A stretch of DNA of 64,000 bases. It comes from Octopus vulgaris. Its lineage: Eukaryota. The stretch is taken from contig OX597815.1 of the NCBI GenBank assembly GCA_951406725.2, positions 30,938,001 through 31,002,000 on the forward strand, in the 5' to 3' direction. A model generated the notes under the pieces. It saw only the letters and a list, made by a program, of their open reading frames with translations. It was not told the DNA's origin and ran no database searches. Of the stretch, positions 40,431 through 53,903 are shown piece after piece. The position numbers and the translations under genes were made by a program. Numbering within the stretch: position 1 is the stretch's first letter; the number at the start of each line of letters is the position of its first letter.

Positions 40431-41419
40431 AGCAGAAGGTGGGAAGCAGATAATGTACATGAATTCATTTTCCCCGTCGTTGAAGCAAGAAATCAAATAT
40501 ATTATTAATCCCAGCGAATTGTCTGTCATTTTGCCGAGTCTGTAACCGCCGTGACACATTACCAATTATCTACCCTTCTATTTCGCTTCACTTAGATAGT
40601 ACCAAGTACCAAGCCTTGTTGCCTCACGCGTCTCGCCCGATACAATATTTTAATAACATTTGTTACACGGCCAGTCACATAGGATTCCATTGGCGCAGAT
40701 ATTCATTCGCACACATATACGTTCATTCGCACACATTGCACGTTTATCGTTGTAATATACGGTAGACGTCCGCACATACAATTGTGATATGCAGAATAAC
40801 TAATAACGTAAAAATCTTTGATGCAGTATAATGAAATATTCGATGCTTAGTGAATATGAGTCTACTTTTAAGTCAAATCACTACAAGCAAGAAATGAACA
40901 CCACAGCTTCCAGATTGCTCAATTTCTCACGTTCAGAAAATATCTGGCTTGATGCTTACATAAGAAGTCAGAGAAACATTAATATTGCGTATACATATGT
41001 ATATGTGTATTTGTGTGTATATTTACGTTTTGCATTTATATATCTGCATATGTATGTGGTCTGTGTACATCTATCTGTGTATTTTGATGTATATATGTAT
41101 ATTGATAGTTTAGTATGAATATATACTGTTGTGAAATATTTTAATATATTTTAATTTTTATGTGTTAATTGTATTAATCGAATTATATTTCTATATAATT
41201 AATGGCAGTATGTATTTTGAATCCGCTCTTCGATTTAAGGTTTTTCCTCGATTTTTTTAATAATTTATAATTTATATTGAATCCATTTATTTTGTTTATT
41301 TTGTTTATCGCATGCTTACGACCGTTATTTGAAAAGACCAATGAAACAAATCCATTTTTAATGGTGTATCCTTCAACTAGTTTTGACCAAATTGATATTT
41401 CTGTTCTATTTTAACAAAA

Positions 41420-41492
41420 TTGTCCGACGAACGGGAAAGTGAAACTCTGAGTAACAACTTTCGTCATATTTCTGCTGCTTAGAAATAAAGTA
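41420..41492 (+). mobile_element. Single arm of the 29176-29408 family with hammerhead motif (41420-41457)
   Basis: ttgt-CCGACGA-ac gggaaa gt-GAAA-ctc t gag-TA-acaa ... atttctgctgct..aaataaagtata. Confidence 0.75.
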
Positions 41493-41579
41493 TATATATA
41501 TATATACTTTATATATATATATATACTCTTTCTCTATCATATATATATATATATATATATGATATATATATATATATAT

Positions 41580-41810
41580 ACTCTTTACTCTCTTTTACTT
41601 GTTTCAGTCATTTGACTGCGGCCATGCTGGAGCAACGCCTTTAGTCGAGCAAATCAACCCCGGGACTTATTCTTTGTAAGCCCAGTACTTATTCTATCGG
41701 TCTATTTTGCCAAACCGCTAAGTGACGGGGACGTAAACACACCAGCATCGGTTGTCAAGCAATGCTAGGGGGACAGACACAGACACACAAACATATACAC
41801 ACACACTTAC

Positions 41811-41815
<5 letters not shown>
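41580..41815 (-). mobile_element. SINE family A, 3' half
   Basis: Tail and body up to the internal microsatellite. Confidence 0.9.
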
Positions 41816-41861
<46 letters not shown>

Positions 41862-41868
41862 GTATGGA

Positions 41869-41924
<56 letters not shown>

Positions 41925-42408
41925 AATGGGAAGATCTAAGTAGGTTAGCTTCAAGCAAACCATAGAAAATATAAAAAACAATTTTCGGGAACAATAGTGG
42001 TTTATTGAGGCGGAAGGCTGTGGATATTTTCTGTATCGAAGTATGATAAGCTGAAAAGAATTGTTTTATATTTCAACAGTAGGCTGCAAGGGTTGGCAGA
42101 TATGCGAATAAAATACAAGAATTCAGGAATCGAGTAGATAATATCCGGCTACATAGGTTTCAAAGCGAGCGGAACTTGATCAGAACTTCATCGAATCGTC
42201 CGTGTGTTAACATGTATCTCCCTAATGACAGTGTAAACTTTCATCAAGATACCCTTGGTTTGAAGAGAAGCCTGCGGTATATACCTCGCTTCGATATTTA
42301 CCACTTCCGAGGTTCCGCTCGCTATGAAACATATGTAGTCTGTATATTAATCTACTCAACTTCTTAACCCTTGTATATGTACATACATTACACACAAACA
42401 CACACACA

Positions 42409-42457
<49 letters not shown>

Positions 42458-42471
42458 AGACACACACATAT

Positions 42472-42820
42472 ATAGGTGCAGGTATGGCAGTGTGGTAAGT
42501 AGATTGCTTCCCATCCACATGATTCCATGTTCAGTCCCACTGCTCGTCACCTTGTGTGTCTTCTACTATAGCCTCAGGCCGACCAAAGCCTTGTGGGTGG
42601 ATTTGATAGATGGAAACTTAAGGAAGCCCGTCATATGTGTGTGTGTGTTTGTGTGCCTGTGTTTGCCCCGCACCCAACATCGCTTGACAACCGATGCTGG
42701 TACATTTTCGTCCCCGTAACTTAGCGTTTCGGCGATAGCGACCAATAGAATAAGTACCAGGCGGTGCTCCAGTATGGCCGTAGTTAAATGACTGAAACAA
42801 GTAAAAGAAAAGAATAAAAG
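42472..42820 (+). mobile_element. SINE family A
   Basis: Homology to 12447-12898 with an internal deletion. Confidence 0.88.
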
Positions 42821-43007
42821 AATATATATACATACACACACACACACTTATATATACATACATACATACATATAACATTTGTAACGTTTTACCGTAAGGG
42901 AAAGTTATAGTCATGAACTAAACTTTTCTAAGGGTGTGAATAACCCCTACATTGATAGAAATAGGAGCTAAAATGATGTTACAAAGCACATAACGTATAC
43001 TCGGATA

Positions 43008-43200
43008 GGGGTTACAACCGCCCCGATTACCGAACCGAGAATTGCTTAGGCTGACCAGTCAGTTTCAGCTATTGTTGTAGCCATCTTCAGTAGGGCCAGC
43101 TCGTTCGTTTGATTCGGGGCTAGCACATAAGCAATCTGCTAAATCATCAGTGGTCAGTCAAAGGAATTCTCGCTTCGGTGTTCGGGGCGATTGCAAACCT
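43008..43200. repeat. Hairpin/MITE-like element with about 50-bp imperfect terminal inverted repeats
   Basis: ggttacaaccgccccgattaccgaaccgagaattgcttaggctgacca versus the reverse complement of tggtcagtcaaaggaattctcgcttcggtgttcggggcgattgcaaacc. Confidence 0.7.
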
Positions 43201-43214
43201 TATTTTCTATAATG

Positions 43215-43850
43215 TTATACAATAAGGCTACCTTAAGCTTCAACAACTGTTTCTCTATGGGATCTAAATCATCTACATGCCCGAATCAATTGGTACTGGT
43301 TCTTTTTGGACATTACTCTGAATACTGCAGCTTTCAAAGAATCTTCTGTGTTATGGGCGTGTTCATTGACCTCTCATTCAATAACGCTCCATATGTCATT
43401 GTCCACCGGATTGAGATCTGGGGAATTAGGAGGCCAAATGTTAGGGGTTATGTGATCATGAAAATTTTCAGCCATCCATTCCTATGTTACGAGAGCCATG
43501 TGTGATAGTGCTGAGTCTTACTGAAGCACATATGGCCTTCCATTACATACACTATCTATCCAGGGCTTAACAATTATTCTCAGGACCTCAATGTAGGCGG
43601 TAGAGTTAACTCTAAGCCTTGTGGAAAGAAGTAAGGAGGCATCACATGTCCTTCATTGTTGACAAGCCCTAAGACTATGACAGTTGCAGGAAAGTTTGCA
43701 TACATAACACTTCGAACTTCAGAAGGGTCTGCACATAACCATCTGTCATTTCTTCTGTTAACTTTTTGATGTTGGTCGAAGTTTTTATCGTCTCAGAAAA
43801 AAAACAAATCAAATCTTCTTCTGCTGGATTTTTCAGTTTGTATAAGAGCT
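43215..43850 (-). pseudogene. Tc1/mariner superfamily (maT/DD37D-like) transposase catalytic domain, degenerate
   Basis: Minus frame: DDKNFDQHQKVNRRNDRWLCADPSEV...EGHVMPPYFFPQGLRVN...YVLQ*DSALSH...WPPNSPDLNPVD, with several stops. Confidence 0.88.
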
Positions 43851-43879
43851 GTTTAACCTCTATTTAACCATCTCACATC

Positions 43880-43927
43880 GTCTCTGATGAAGGGATATCC
43901 ATAATATCCCAGAAACAGCTGTAAGAC
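43880..43927 (+). ncRNA. Type-I minimal hammerhead ribozyme motif, canonical core
   Basis: gtct-CTGATGA-a gggatat ccata atatccc a-GAAA-cagctg-TA-agac; palindromic stem III, GUA triplet; lies in a short element at about 43850-44005. Confidence 0.88.
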
Positions 43928-44015
43928 TATATCTATATCTCTTTACTTATAAATGTCCTGGAAACTCCTCACAGCCTTGGCTTGGTTATCTCTTTTTGCC
44001 TAATACATACGTACA

Positions 44016-44051
<36 letters not shown>

Positions 44052-44210
44052 TGTGTGTGTGTATGTGTGTGGGGGGGTGTATGCATGCTAATACAAGAGC
44101 CACATTAAATTCCTCTCTCGTATCATTATCGAACCAAGAGATGAACTAGAGTCTGTCCATAGCACTTAGCGGTACCTGCCACTCCTTGGATCCTCTAGAA
44201 AGGAATGCCT

Positions 44211-44251
<41 letters not shown>

Positions 44252-44253
44252 GT

Positions 44254-44269
<16 letters not shown>

Positions 44270-44285
<16 letters not shown>

Positions 44286-44495
44286 AATTGTGTGTCTGTT
44301 TGTCCCACCACCATCCCTTGACAAGGGATGATGGCCTGATTACTCCTTCGTAACTTAGTGATTCGGTAAAAGCGACCAATAGAATAAGTACTGGGCTATC
44401 AAAGAATAAGTCCTGGGGTCGATTTGTTCGATTAAGTCGGTGCTCCAACATGGCCGCAGTCAAATGACTGAAACAAATAGAAGACTAAAAGAAAA
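44270..44495 (+). mobile_element. SINE family A, 3' half
   Basis: Body and tail follow (TA)n(TG)n. Confidence 0.82.
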
Positions 44496-45099
44496 AGAAT
44501 GCACACATACATGAATACACACGCACACACACATACGCACGCGCACACACACATACACACACATACACACGCACACACACACACACACATACAAACTCAC
44601 ATATGTATATTACGTCTTTTTCTTTTTCATGAATGGATTTAAATCTATTCCAATTACACAGTTTTTGTTTTTTATGTTGATGAACTAAAGAAAAATTTGA
44701 GTGTTTATATTATCTCTTTAATTGTGAAGTATCTAAGGGAATAAAATGTTGAATTGTTTGGTCTACATATTGTGATTTATTATTATTCGGAAAAGCCATT
44801 CTATTGTCACGCTGAGTCAGACACTAAATTCTGAAAGTTAGTACAAAATGCCTCTTGTCGAAAATAGTTTTGACATCATCTTGAAAACATTAGTTACCAT
44901 CTCAAAGGGAATAGATCCTGAATACTCGCAACTAGATTACTGCCTCTGTGCACTAAGAGTTTATAGAAGGAATTAAAAGGAGATGTTAACTACCTGATAT
45001 TTAAAACATTTGTGGAAAAACTTCAGTTTGCTTTGTGCTGAAATAAAGCAATATTTAAATGTTGTGGAATTTGGTATTTTAGATAAAGGTGTGTAATAC

Positions 45100-45250
45100 C
45101 TACGAAATGTGCTCGTCTTACGGGACTCATCAGATCGATATGCTTGGTGGTCATCTTCAACTTACATATCGAGTGTGGATGGGTGTTCCAGAACTCTGCA
45201 GTTCTAGGAACAAACGACTTTGCAAAAGGATTAGTACATGGTCTGATGAG
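45100..45250 (-). mobile_element. Degenerate 3' end of a CR1/L2-type LINE ORF2
   Basis: RPCTNPFAKSFVPRTAEFWNTHP resembles the SF.PRT...WN.LP C-terminal motif. Confidence 0.55.
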
Positions 45251-45572
45251 TGGGAGAAAAAAACAGATAAGGAGAGAAGAGGCAGATATATGCCGATTCG
45301 TCTTAAGGCATGGGCACACCGGACAATTGCCCAGAGACCTCATGAGTTTAGCATGATCTGTACATGCTAAGATGTGTTATAGAGAAATAATTCATATAAG
45401 GCCCAATGCCTTATATGAATTGCCTAGGGTCCTGTAATGCTACGCAGATAGCTCTGGATACATGAGATGGGCTTAAAAAAATCTTAGACATGGCTTTTAA
45501 GAGAGAAAAGTAGAGCAACCACCGTATGGTTGTTGTAGTAATGGTGAAATTAGATTTTGCCAATGAACCTAG

Positions 45573-45623
<51 letters not shown>

Positions 45624-45651
45624 GTTGTTGTTGTTACTGTTATTGTTGTTG

Positions 45652-45710
<59 letters not shown>

Positions 45711-45717
45711 GTTGTTG

Positions 45718-45797
<80 letters not shown>
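45573..45797. repeat. (TTA)n/(TTG)n microsatellite
   Basis: Seen directly. Confidence 0.97.
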
Positions 45798-45799
<2 letters not shown>

Positions 45800-48700
45800 A
45801 TGCAATCTGGGCTGTTGTGCAGTAATGAGACTGTCCCAGATTTACAAGCAGCTCTTTAATATAAAGCGGCAAAAGTGACAGCCTTAGGTACTCTTTCACC
45901 CTAATATAGTAAGCTTGGGATTCAGTTTTAGCAATGTTCTATATGTGAGCCCGTCCTGAAAAATCATTAGAGATCTGTAAGGCGTAACATTTTAAAGAGT
46001 TTAAAATTTTATTTATGTATCCTTCATGGACATCGAAAATATAAAGGCCTCTGCTGCGTACGTAGCAATTCGTACTTTCGATAGATCTGGTTCTACGGAA
46101 ACCATACTGTAAATTATAAGGAGCTGAAACGTAGACGCATGTAAGTGACATATTCATTATTGTGAAGCAGTCATTGGTGAAGAGAAGAGTTACGGTGACA
46201 TTTTGTTATCTATATGAAAATGTAATCAAAATGAGTAACAAATATAGTGACTTTATCTACGAGAATGTTACTTGTAGAGCATATCGGATGTGGAGTGAGG
46301 GATAGATAGATTTCGTAGTGCCGGAAAAACTATGCATTATATTATTTAACATCCCCTCTTTTGTGCTCCAATTTCAAAGACTGTTGCGTTGACATTACTT
46401 TTAATTTCCCCCCTGGGCCACAATTACTTGCAATGTAATGAGCTTAATCTATTGGTCATACCCCTTCCCTATAACATTTTTAGGTCTGTTCAAATGATTT
46501 GACACCTTGAAGATCTAACACTTCAGTTGAGTTTCACATGAAACGAACCCATGTATATATCTACAGACATCTAATGAATATTGTTTAATCGTTATGTCCG
46601 ATGATTGGAGATTGCATTACCAGAATGGATGGAAATGGATGAGAATATCAGCGTCGAAAGTTGGAAATTAGTGTAGCACAATCTTGTGCCACATATTCTG
46701 ACATGACTAAGAATATGTTGCGCAGTTGTGAAGATAATTATTTAGAATATATTAAATATATTTTAAATGGCCGGAGACATAACTAAAATATATATTTACA
46801 TAAGATTTATCCCATCATGTTCAAAAGGCCATTGCTTAAAATCATTAAGAGAATAATTCGTGCAGGAGCCGAAATTTGTGTTTTGATCTGATTGCAATTA
46901 AAAGAGATGCAGCAAGGAAAATTTTTGGAATATATTATTTAAGAGAGATTCCTACACATGAGATTGTTTGCAACACGCTGGTAATGGCTTCGACTACTTC
47001 TAATCTCATTCACCCCTTTTATTACTAATTGCATAAACCACAGAATCTAAAGATGTTACAAACGGGCATGCCGCTATTTGTCTTAGAATTCCCATGATGG
47101 TGACGTGCTATTTCAGCTTGAAACTTACTATTCAGTTTTGTTATCTGTATGGATTTTTTCCTTCTACAAAATCCCACAGCATACTAACGGATAACACGTC
47201 TCCTACTTTACAAAAAAAAAAAAAAAAGAAAATCTCTTATCTCCTTAGTTAATTTAATCTTACACTTCTCTTTATATCTCCTTCTCCATCTCTTTCCCGT
47301 CTCCCTCTCTCTCTCTTTGTCTATGTATGAACCATTTGTTTGTACTCTGTTTACGTTGTATAACATACGTACACTTCCAACGTATACCTTATCAAAAACA
47401 TTCATGCAAACAAACACAATGTAATTAACACATACGCACGCATCTATATTCATAAACATATATACAGACACATTCATGGGCGCGCACGTACTCACACGCC
47501 TGCGCACTCGGGTATTTATTCAAATACAGATACCAGCATTACCACATCCTTTTACATATAGACACACACAACTCATGCTTCAGCACGATCATAATATATA
47601 TTTACACTCTCACTCATATGAACATACACGCATTCATACAAAGACAAACTCACAGATTCATACATGAAAAAAACCATGTATATGCGCAGGTACTTCTGAA
47701 CATACACACACACACACACACACAGCCTCCCAATTATGAAGGTACATGCACACACATACACAGACACACACACATACACACACACACACACACACACGCA
47801 TACATTCACTATAGATGTGAGGTATGTGGACACATACACTCATTCATACAGGCACACTTACTTTAAGACACTCCAGTAAAATCACGGACACACAAAGTAT
47901 CCGCATCAGAGACACGAGGAGAAATACACACGCGCATACTAAAACTATCACGATTTAACAAGTCACCCATATAGACCCACATACGCACCAGCTGACCATT
48001 CACGTAGTAACATGACTACAGACATGACTACAGACAAATTTAAAGGAAGACAGAGGAATAAAACATCCTTAAAAGCAGTCAAGCCGGCGCTTAGATATAC
48101 ACACACATCCACATTCACACCAACATCATATACATATACAACAGCTCATGTTATCACACCCGTACAAACAAGGGAACAAGCATCTATATACCCTCGAATG
48201 TACACAATCGCATACATACACGCACAAACACATATGCGTGTGTAGGTGTACATATATATATACATTATGAATACAGACGAGCGCACGTGCACACACACAC
48301 TACATATACATTATATATATAAACATGTATACACATACATATATATATCTAAGTATGTATATTCGTATGTATATACATTCGCACAAGATCCCATAGATTG
48401 AAACAAAGAAAAATATCCTCTCTTTCCCAATCACATATGTGATTATATACAAGAGAGGGAGAAAGAGAGAGAGAGAAGGAAAGAAAGCGAGGCGCATTCA
48501 GAAAAGCATCCAAAACTCACAACAAACGCCCAAAGATCATTTGCTTACATAAAACATACATCTGAACCAATCCAACGCTTCGCTATCTAATCTCAATGTC
48601 TGACAGAGTTGATGTTTATCGCTTAAAGTTAATTGCATTTCATTCTGTCTTAATAGCTCATATTTCTTGCTAAACAGACAAAAGCAAAACATGAAACAGA

Positions 48701-49209
48701 GTTTGAGACAAGGATAAAGGATAGGGAAAAAAGAGAATACCCGAATGGGAAAGGATTTGTGGAAAGGAAGTTTAGAGACTTGTCAACAATAATGCTTGCT
48801 TTGCTATAACATCGCTTGTCAGTGTTTCGTCTAGATTCAAAGAAACATTCAATAATCGGAGAACCCCTGTTTGTCTATGAATGTATGTATATTTGTAAGC
48901 GTTGTACATGGAGAAGAAGTACATATGTATGTAAGTATGGGTGTGGCGATGCTGAGGGAGAATTTGTTGAGGCGTTTCTAGATAACGGTTTTTTTCTACG
49001 GTCATTGTGAAGAATGTGCCTTTGAAGTGCGTTGATAAGACTAAGCTATCGGGAAGGTTTTGTTTTATTTTATTTCTGTTTGAAAATCAAAATCAAACAG
49101 TCCGTTGTACTTTGGACTGATTTGCTGGTGGTTTAGGTTTACACTCGTTGAAATATTTCTCAAACTTTCCAGCTAGAAAACAGTCAATCAAGCAATCAAT
49201 CAAAAAGCA

Positions 49210-49301
<92 letters not shown>

Positions 49302-49302
<1 letters not shown>

Positions 49303-49771
49303 TAAAGGATGGGATACAGCAAATATTCTGCTTAATACTACAGTTTGCTTGTCAGTTGTTTGACCTTAACCAGTTGAGCATGTCCCTTAGTGGCTGACGA
49401 TATGTGCATCTCTGATCACGAGCAGAAGTAGTGGAGGAGCATCATGGCCGTGTGTTGAAAGGAATTCTTAGAGGTTTAGATAGTTCACCTTTGGAAACAT
49501 AGGTGGTTTGTTCAACATCCTTAAACGATCCTTGTTCAGGGACCTTTTGAGCGGGATGGGCTACTCAACCAGAAGAAAATTCTAACTGGGCCCCACCAGC
49601 AAGGTCATGAGCTGTTTATCTTAATATGTGATCACCATGTTGCGCACAAAGGGTTGTGATGCATGTGCCTGGTGTGCCCTTATCAGACGTTTAGTCATGA
49701 TGGGTATACTGGGCTTCGTATATTTTACCCCAGTCTCACTTTGATGACATGCACTGCTCTCTCACTCACTC
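49302..49771 (+). mobile_element. About 470-bp insertion bracketed by (TAA)n on both sides; possible 3' UTR or derivative of a TAA-targeting R4/Dong-type element
   Basis: GC-richer non-coding block precisely flanked by (TAA)n; family assignment is inference. Confidence 0.5.
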
Positions 49772-49840
<69 letters not shown>

Positions 49841-49994
49841 CCCTTCTACTATAGGCACAAGGGCCTGGACATTTGGGGAAGGAGGCTAGTTGATTACATC
49901 GACCCCAGTACGCAACTAGTTTGTGTAGTAACTAATTTCAGTTATGGAAACTTATTCTAACCCTATCAACTGGCCTATAGAGTACACCATGTTG

Positions 49995-50330
49995 GTACGA
50001 TCTGGATGACACGATGTTGATTTTCCCGTGTATATATTAACACATTCGGGAAATCGAGTCTGTATCTATCAGACAGTTGGAGACGTCCGAGCAGATTTGG
50101 GAAGCTTTTCCACTCCCAGCTTATAAGCTGGTCTGACACAATCGAAACGTACATATTCGATGTTTCGGCGGGAGGTTTCTAGAAAGAACTCCATATGCCA
50201 GAACATATTCTGCTGTCCTGCTCTTGCCGGAGCATAAACTACGACTAATATGGAGGCAACTCCTTCACTACTGTCCACATCCAGGACATCAACGTTCCTT
50301 CTTTAAGAAGATATCCAAACCATTCTGGAA
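49995..50330 (-). pseudogene. Degenerate APE endonuclease of an L1/Tx1-type LINE
   Basis: VLDVDSSEG...LVVVYAP...FLETSR ... DRYRLDFPNV ... SSRSY across frameshifts. Confidence 0.65.
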
Positions 50331-50400
50331 CTTTCGACTTGGATAATAGATGTAATATCCACCCAAAATGTGAATGAAAGCTTGCCGTCCTATACATATA

Positions 50401-50626
50401 CCTATTTCTTCAAGGGGCTAAACATAGAGGGGACAAACAAGGACAGACATAGGTATTAAGTCGATTACATCGACCCCAGTGCGTAACTCGTACTTTAATT
50501 TATCGACCCCGAAAGGATGAAAGGCAAAGTCGAGCTCGGCGGAATTTGAACTCAGAACGTAACGGCAGACGAAATACCGCAAAGCATTTCGCCCGGCGTG
50601 CTAACGTTTCTGCCAGCTCGCTGCCT
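50401..50626 (-). mobile_element. SINE family B
   Basis: Near full-length match to 6961-7194. Confidence 0.92.
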
Positions 50627-50846
50627 TTAAATATACCTGTACATATACCTATACATATACCTAAATATACCTATACATATACCTGTGATCTGAAGACGTT
50701 GAACACGTAGCTCTACTTCCAGAGTGTCTCCAAGTCACGTAATATTTACGTTGCTTCTTCTGAGCAAAGCCATATTGGATAGATGATGGAAGGAATGAAA
50801 TGATTCCTATGGAGAGATATGTGTGTCGGTGTATTTGAAAAATTGT

Positions 50847-51174
50847 GGGGAGCACTCCGTCGGTTGCGACGACGAGAGTCCCAGCTGATATGATCAACGG
50901 AACAGCTTGCTCGTGAAATTAACGTGTAATTGGCTGAGCACGCCACAAACACGTGTACCCATAACGCAGTTCTCGGGGATATTCAGCGTGACATAGAGTG
51001 TAACAAGGCTGGCCCTTCAAAATACAGGTACTACTCATTTTTGCCAGCTGAGTGGACTGGAGCAACGTGAAATAAAGTGTCTTGCTCAAAGACACAACGC
51101 GCCGCCGGGAATTGAACTCACGACCTTACGATCATGAGCCAAATGCCCCTAACCACTAAGCCACGCGCCTTCAC
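50847..51174 (-). mobile_element. SINE family C (head C2 plus tail T1) with 11-bp TSD
   Basis: TSD tgaaaaattgt at 50836-50846 and 51175-51185. Confidence 0.9.
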
Positions 51175-51365
51175 TGAAAAATTGTAATGTATAAGCAAGA
51201 GGCACATGCTGGATTGCTCTCTGGGAGGAATAACAGGAATTAAGAAGAAAATAGCATTGCTAGACTCAGCCCACAACCTACGTAAAAACCCTTTCATATC
51301 ATTAACACAATACACACAATACAGTTTAAGAAATATGCATCTTTGTAATAGCCACCTAATATAAT

Positions 51366-51725
51366 GGATGGAAGCACTCCGTCGGTTACGACGACGAGGG
51401 TTCCGGTGAAATTAACGTGTAAGTGGCTGAGCACTCCACAGACACGTGCACCCTTAACGTAGTTCTCGGGGATATTCAGCGTGACACAGAGAGTGACAAG
51501 GCCGGCCCCTTGAAATACAGGTACAACAGAAACAGGAAGTAAGAGTGAGAGAAATTTGTGGTGAAAGAGTACAGTAAGGATAACTACCATCCCTTGCCGG
51601 AGCCTCGTGGAACTTTTAGGTGTTTTCGCTCAATAAACACTCACAACGCCCGGTCTGGGAATCGAAACCGCGATCCTACGACCGCGAGTCCGCTGCCCTA
51701 ACCACTGGGCCATTGCGCCTCCACT
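51366..51725 (-). mobile_element. SINE family C (head C1 plus tail T1) with 12-bp TSD
   Basis: TSD acctaatataat at 51354-51365 and 51726-51737; clear A and B boxes. Confidence 0.92.
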
Positions 51726-52171
51726 ACCTAATATAATAACTAAGCTCGTATTGCATACATTAAAAACACAGACAAAACACCGAAGTATAATAGTTTAAAT
51801 TTATAAACACATTTCTACATACGTGAACAAACGAAACAATAGGCCTGAAATTTGGGGGAAGGGGCTAGTCGACTACATCGACTCCAGTGATGGATTGCTA
51901 TTTCTTTCATCGAGCCTAAAAGGAAGAACAGTGAAGTCAAATTTGAACATATGGACGAAGTGCTACTAAGTATTTTGTCCAGCAAACTAACGGTTCTGCC
52001 ACTTCATTGCCTTAATTGTTATTTCTATATTTGGCACAAGGCCTGAAATTTTGGGGCAGGGGCAAGTCATTTACATTGACCGCATTACTCAACTCGTTCT
52101 TATTTGATCGACCGGGAAAGGACGAAAGGCAAGGTCGACTTCGGTGGAATTTCAATTCAGATCTTAAAAGT

Positions 52172-52562
52172 GGTGGAAGTGGAAGCACTCCGTCGGTTAC
52201 GACGACGAGGGTTCCGGTTGATCCGATCAACGGAACAGCCTGCTCGTGAAATTAACGTGTAAGTGGCTGAGCACTCCACAGACACGTGCACCCTTAACGT
52301 AGTTCTCGGGGATATTCAGCGTGACACAGAGAATGACAAGGCCGGCCCTTTGAAATACAGGTACAACAGAAACAGGAAGTAAGAGTGAGAGAAAGTTGTG
52401 GTGAAAGAGTACAGCAGGGATCACCACCATCCTTGCCGGAGCTCGTGGGGCTTTTAGGTGTTTTCGCTCAATAAACACTCACAACGCCCGGTCTGGGAAT
52501 CGAAACCGCGATCCTCTGACCGTGAGTCCGCTGCCCTAACCACTGGGCCATTGCGCCTCCTC
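52172..52562 (-). mobile_element. SINE family C (head C1 plus tail T1) nested in an old SINE B
   Basis: TSD atc(t/g)taaaagt at 52161-52171 and 52565-52575; SINE B sequence resumes on both sides. Confidence 0.9.
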
Positions 52563-53451
52563 AATCGTAAAAGTACTCGAAAAGCCACTGAGCATTTTGT
52601 CCGGCGTGCTAAATGATTCCGCCAGCTCGCTGAATACTGTCTACTTTAGCACAAGGCCAGCAAATTTAAGGAAGCTTAGTCGATTACACCGACTCTGGTA
52701 CTTCGCTTGTATGCTGTTTTATCGACCCCGAAAACATGAATATCACAGTCGATTTCGGTGGGATTGGAACTCAGAATATAAAAAGCTAGAACCAAATAAC
52801 GCAAGTGATTTTTTTCGACACCCCAGCGATTCTTCCTAAATTAATATGAATTAAGTGTTATGAAGTCGTTACCAAAAATAATTATAATGGTTCATACTGT
52901 AGATCGAACCCGTATAACGGATTACATTTGCTGAGAAATAATTATTGCCTACATGTCAGGGAACTTTCCACAAGTATATTGCATTAAACCATGCTAACTT
53001 TATAATGAAGCACAGATCTAAAAGGTTTGTTGTAGCCAATTACCGATGCACAGTAAGTTTGAATTTCCTCTAGAAATAACGATCAAGCGTCACTGAGACG
53101 AGAGCGTTTGATCATCTCTTAACGAATGTGCCCTTGCTATTTGAGCGGAAAAGAAGTCATAGTTGAACTGATCATTTATCAAATGATGTGAGAAATCAGA
53201 CAGGAGATTAACGAATATGCATAATGCCTGATTTATTATCAGGAAAAGCCTACGATAAGTTAGCGTATCCAACCACAAAATAATAGAGGTATTTGAAAAT
53301 TGATATAGATACAATCACTGTTTAGGTTTAGTATGGAGCAGACAAACAAAGGTTCAATTCCCAGTTGGAAATTTTATACTATATTTCTGCCTAGGTCTCT
53401 GCCCCTTTGTTTAGAATCCTGATTTATTTTCAGGAGATATCAACGATATTT

Positions 53452-53903
53452 TAGGCGCAGGAGTGGCTATAGGCGCAGGAGTGGCTATAGGCGCAGGAGT
53501 GGCTATAGGCGCAGGAGTGGCTGTGTGGTAAGTAGCTTGCTAACCAACCACATGGTTCCGGGTTCAGTCCCACTGCGTGGCATCTTGGGCAAGTGTCTTC
53601 TGCTATAGCCCCGGGCCGACCAATGCCTTGTGAGTGGATTTGGTAGACGGAAACTGAAAGAAGCCTGTCGTATATATGTATATATGTATGTGTGTGTGTG
53701 TGTTTGTGTTTGTGTTTGTCCCCCTAGCATTGCTTGACCACCGATGCTGGTGTGTTTACGTCCCCGTCACTTAGCGGTTCGGCAAAAGAGACCGATAGAA
53801 TAAGTACTGGGCTTACAAAGAATAAGTCCCTGGGTCGATTTGCTCGACTAAAGGTGGTGCTCCAGCATGGCCGCAGTCAAATGACTGAAACAAGTAAAGA
53901 GAG
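53452..53903 (+). mobile_element. SINE family A with its first 18 bp present four times in tandem
   Basis: (taggcgcaggagtggcta)x3 followed by the normal head. Confidence 0.93.

Noticed and set aside
45389-45421. 14-bp perfect hairpin aattcatataaggc/gccttatatgaatt
   Set aside because: Too short for a pre-miRNA; probably part of a decayed MITE, and no function can be supported.
51650-51725. SINE heads (also at 1333, 9084, 12447, 61632) as functional tRNA genes
   Set aside because: They have A and B boxes but no complete cloverleaf, and they continue into SINE bodies with TSDs.
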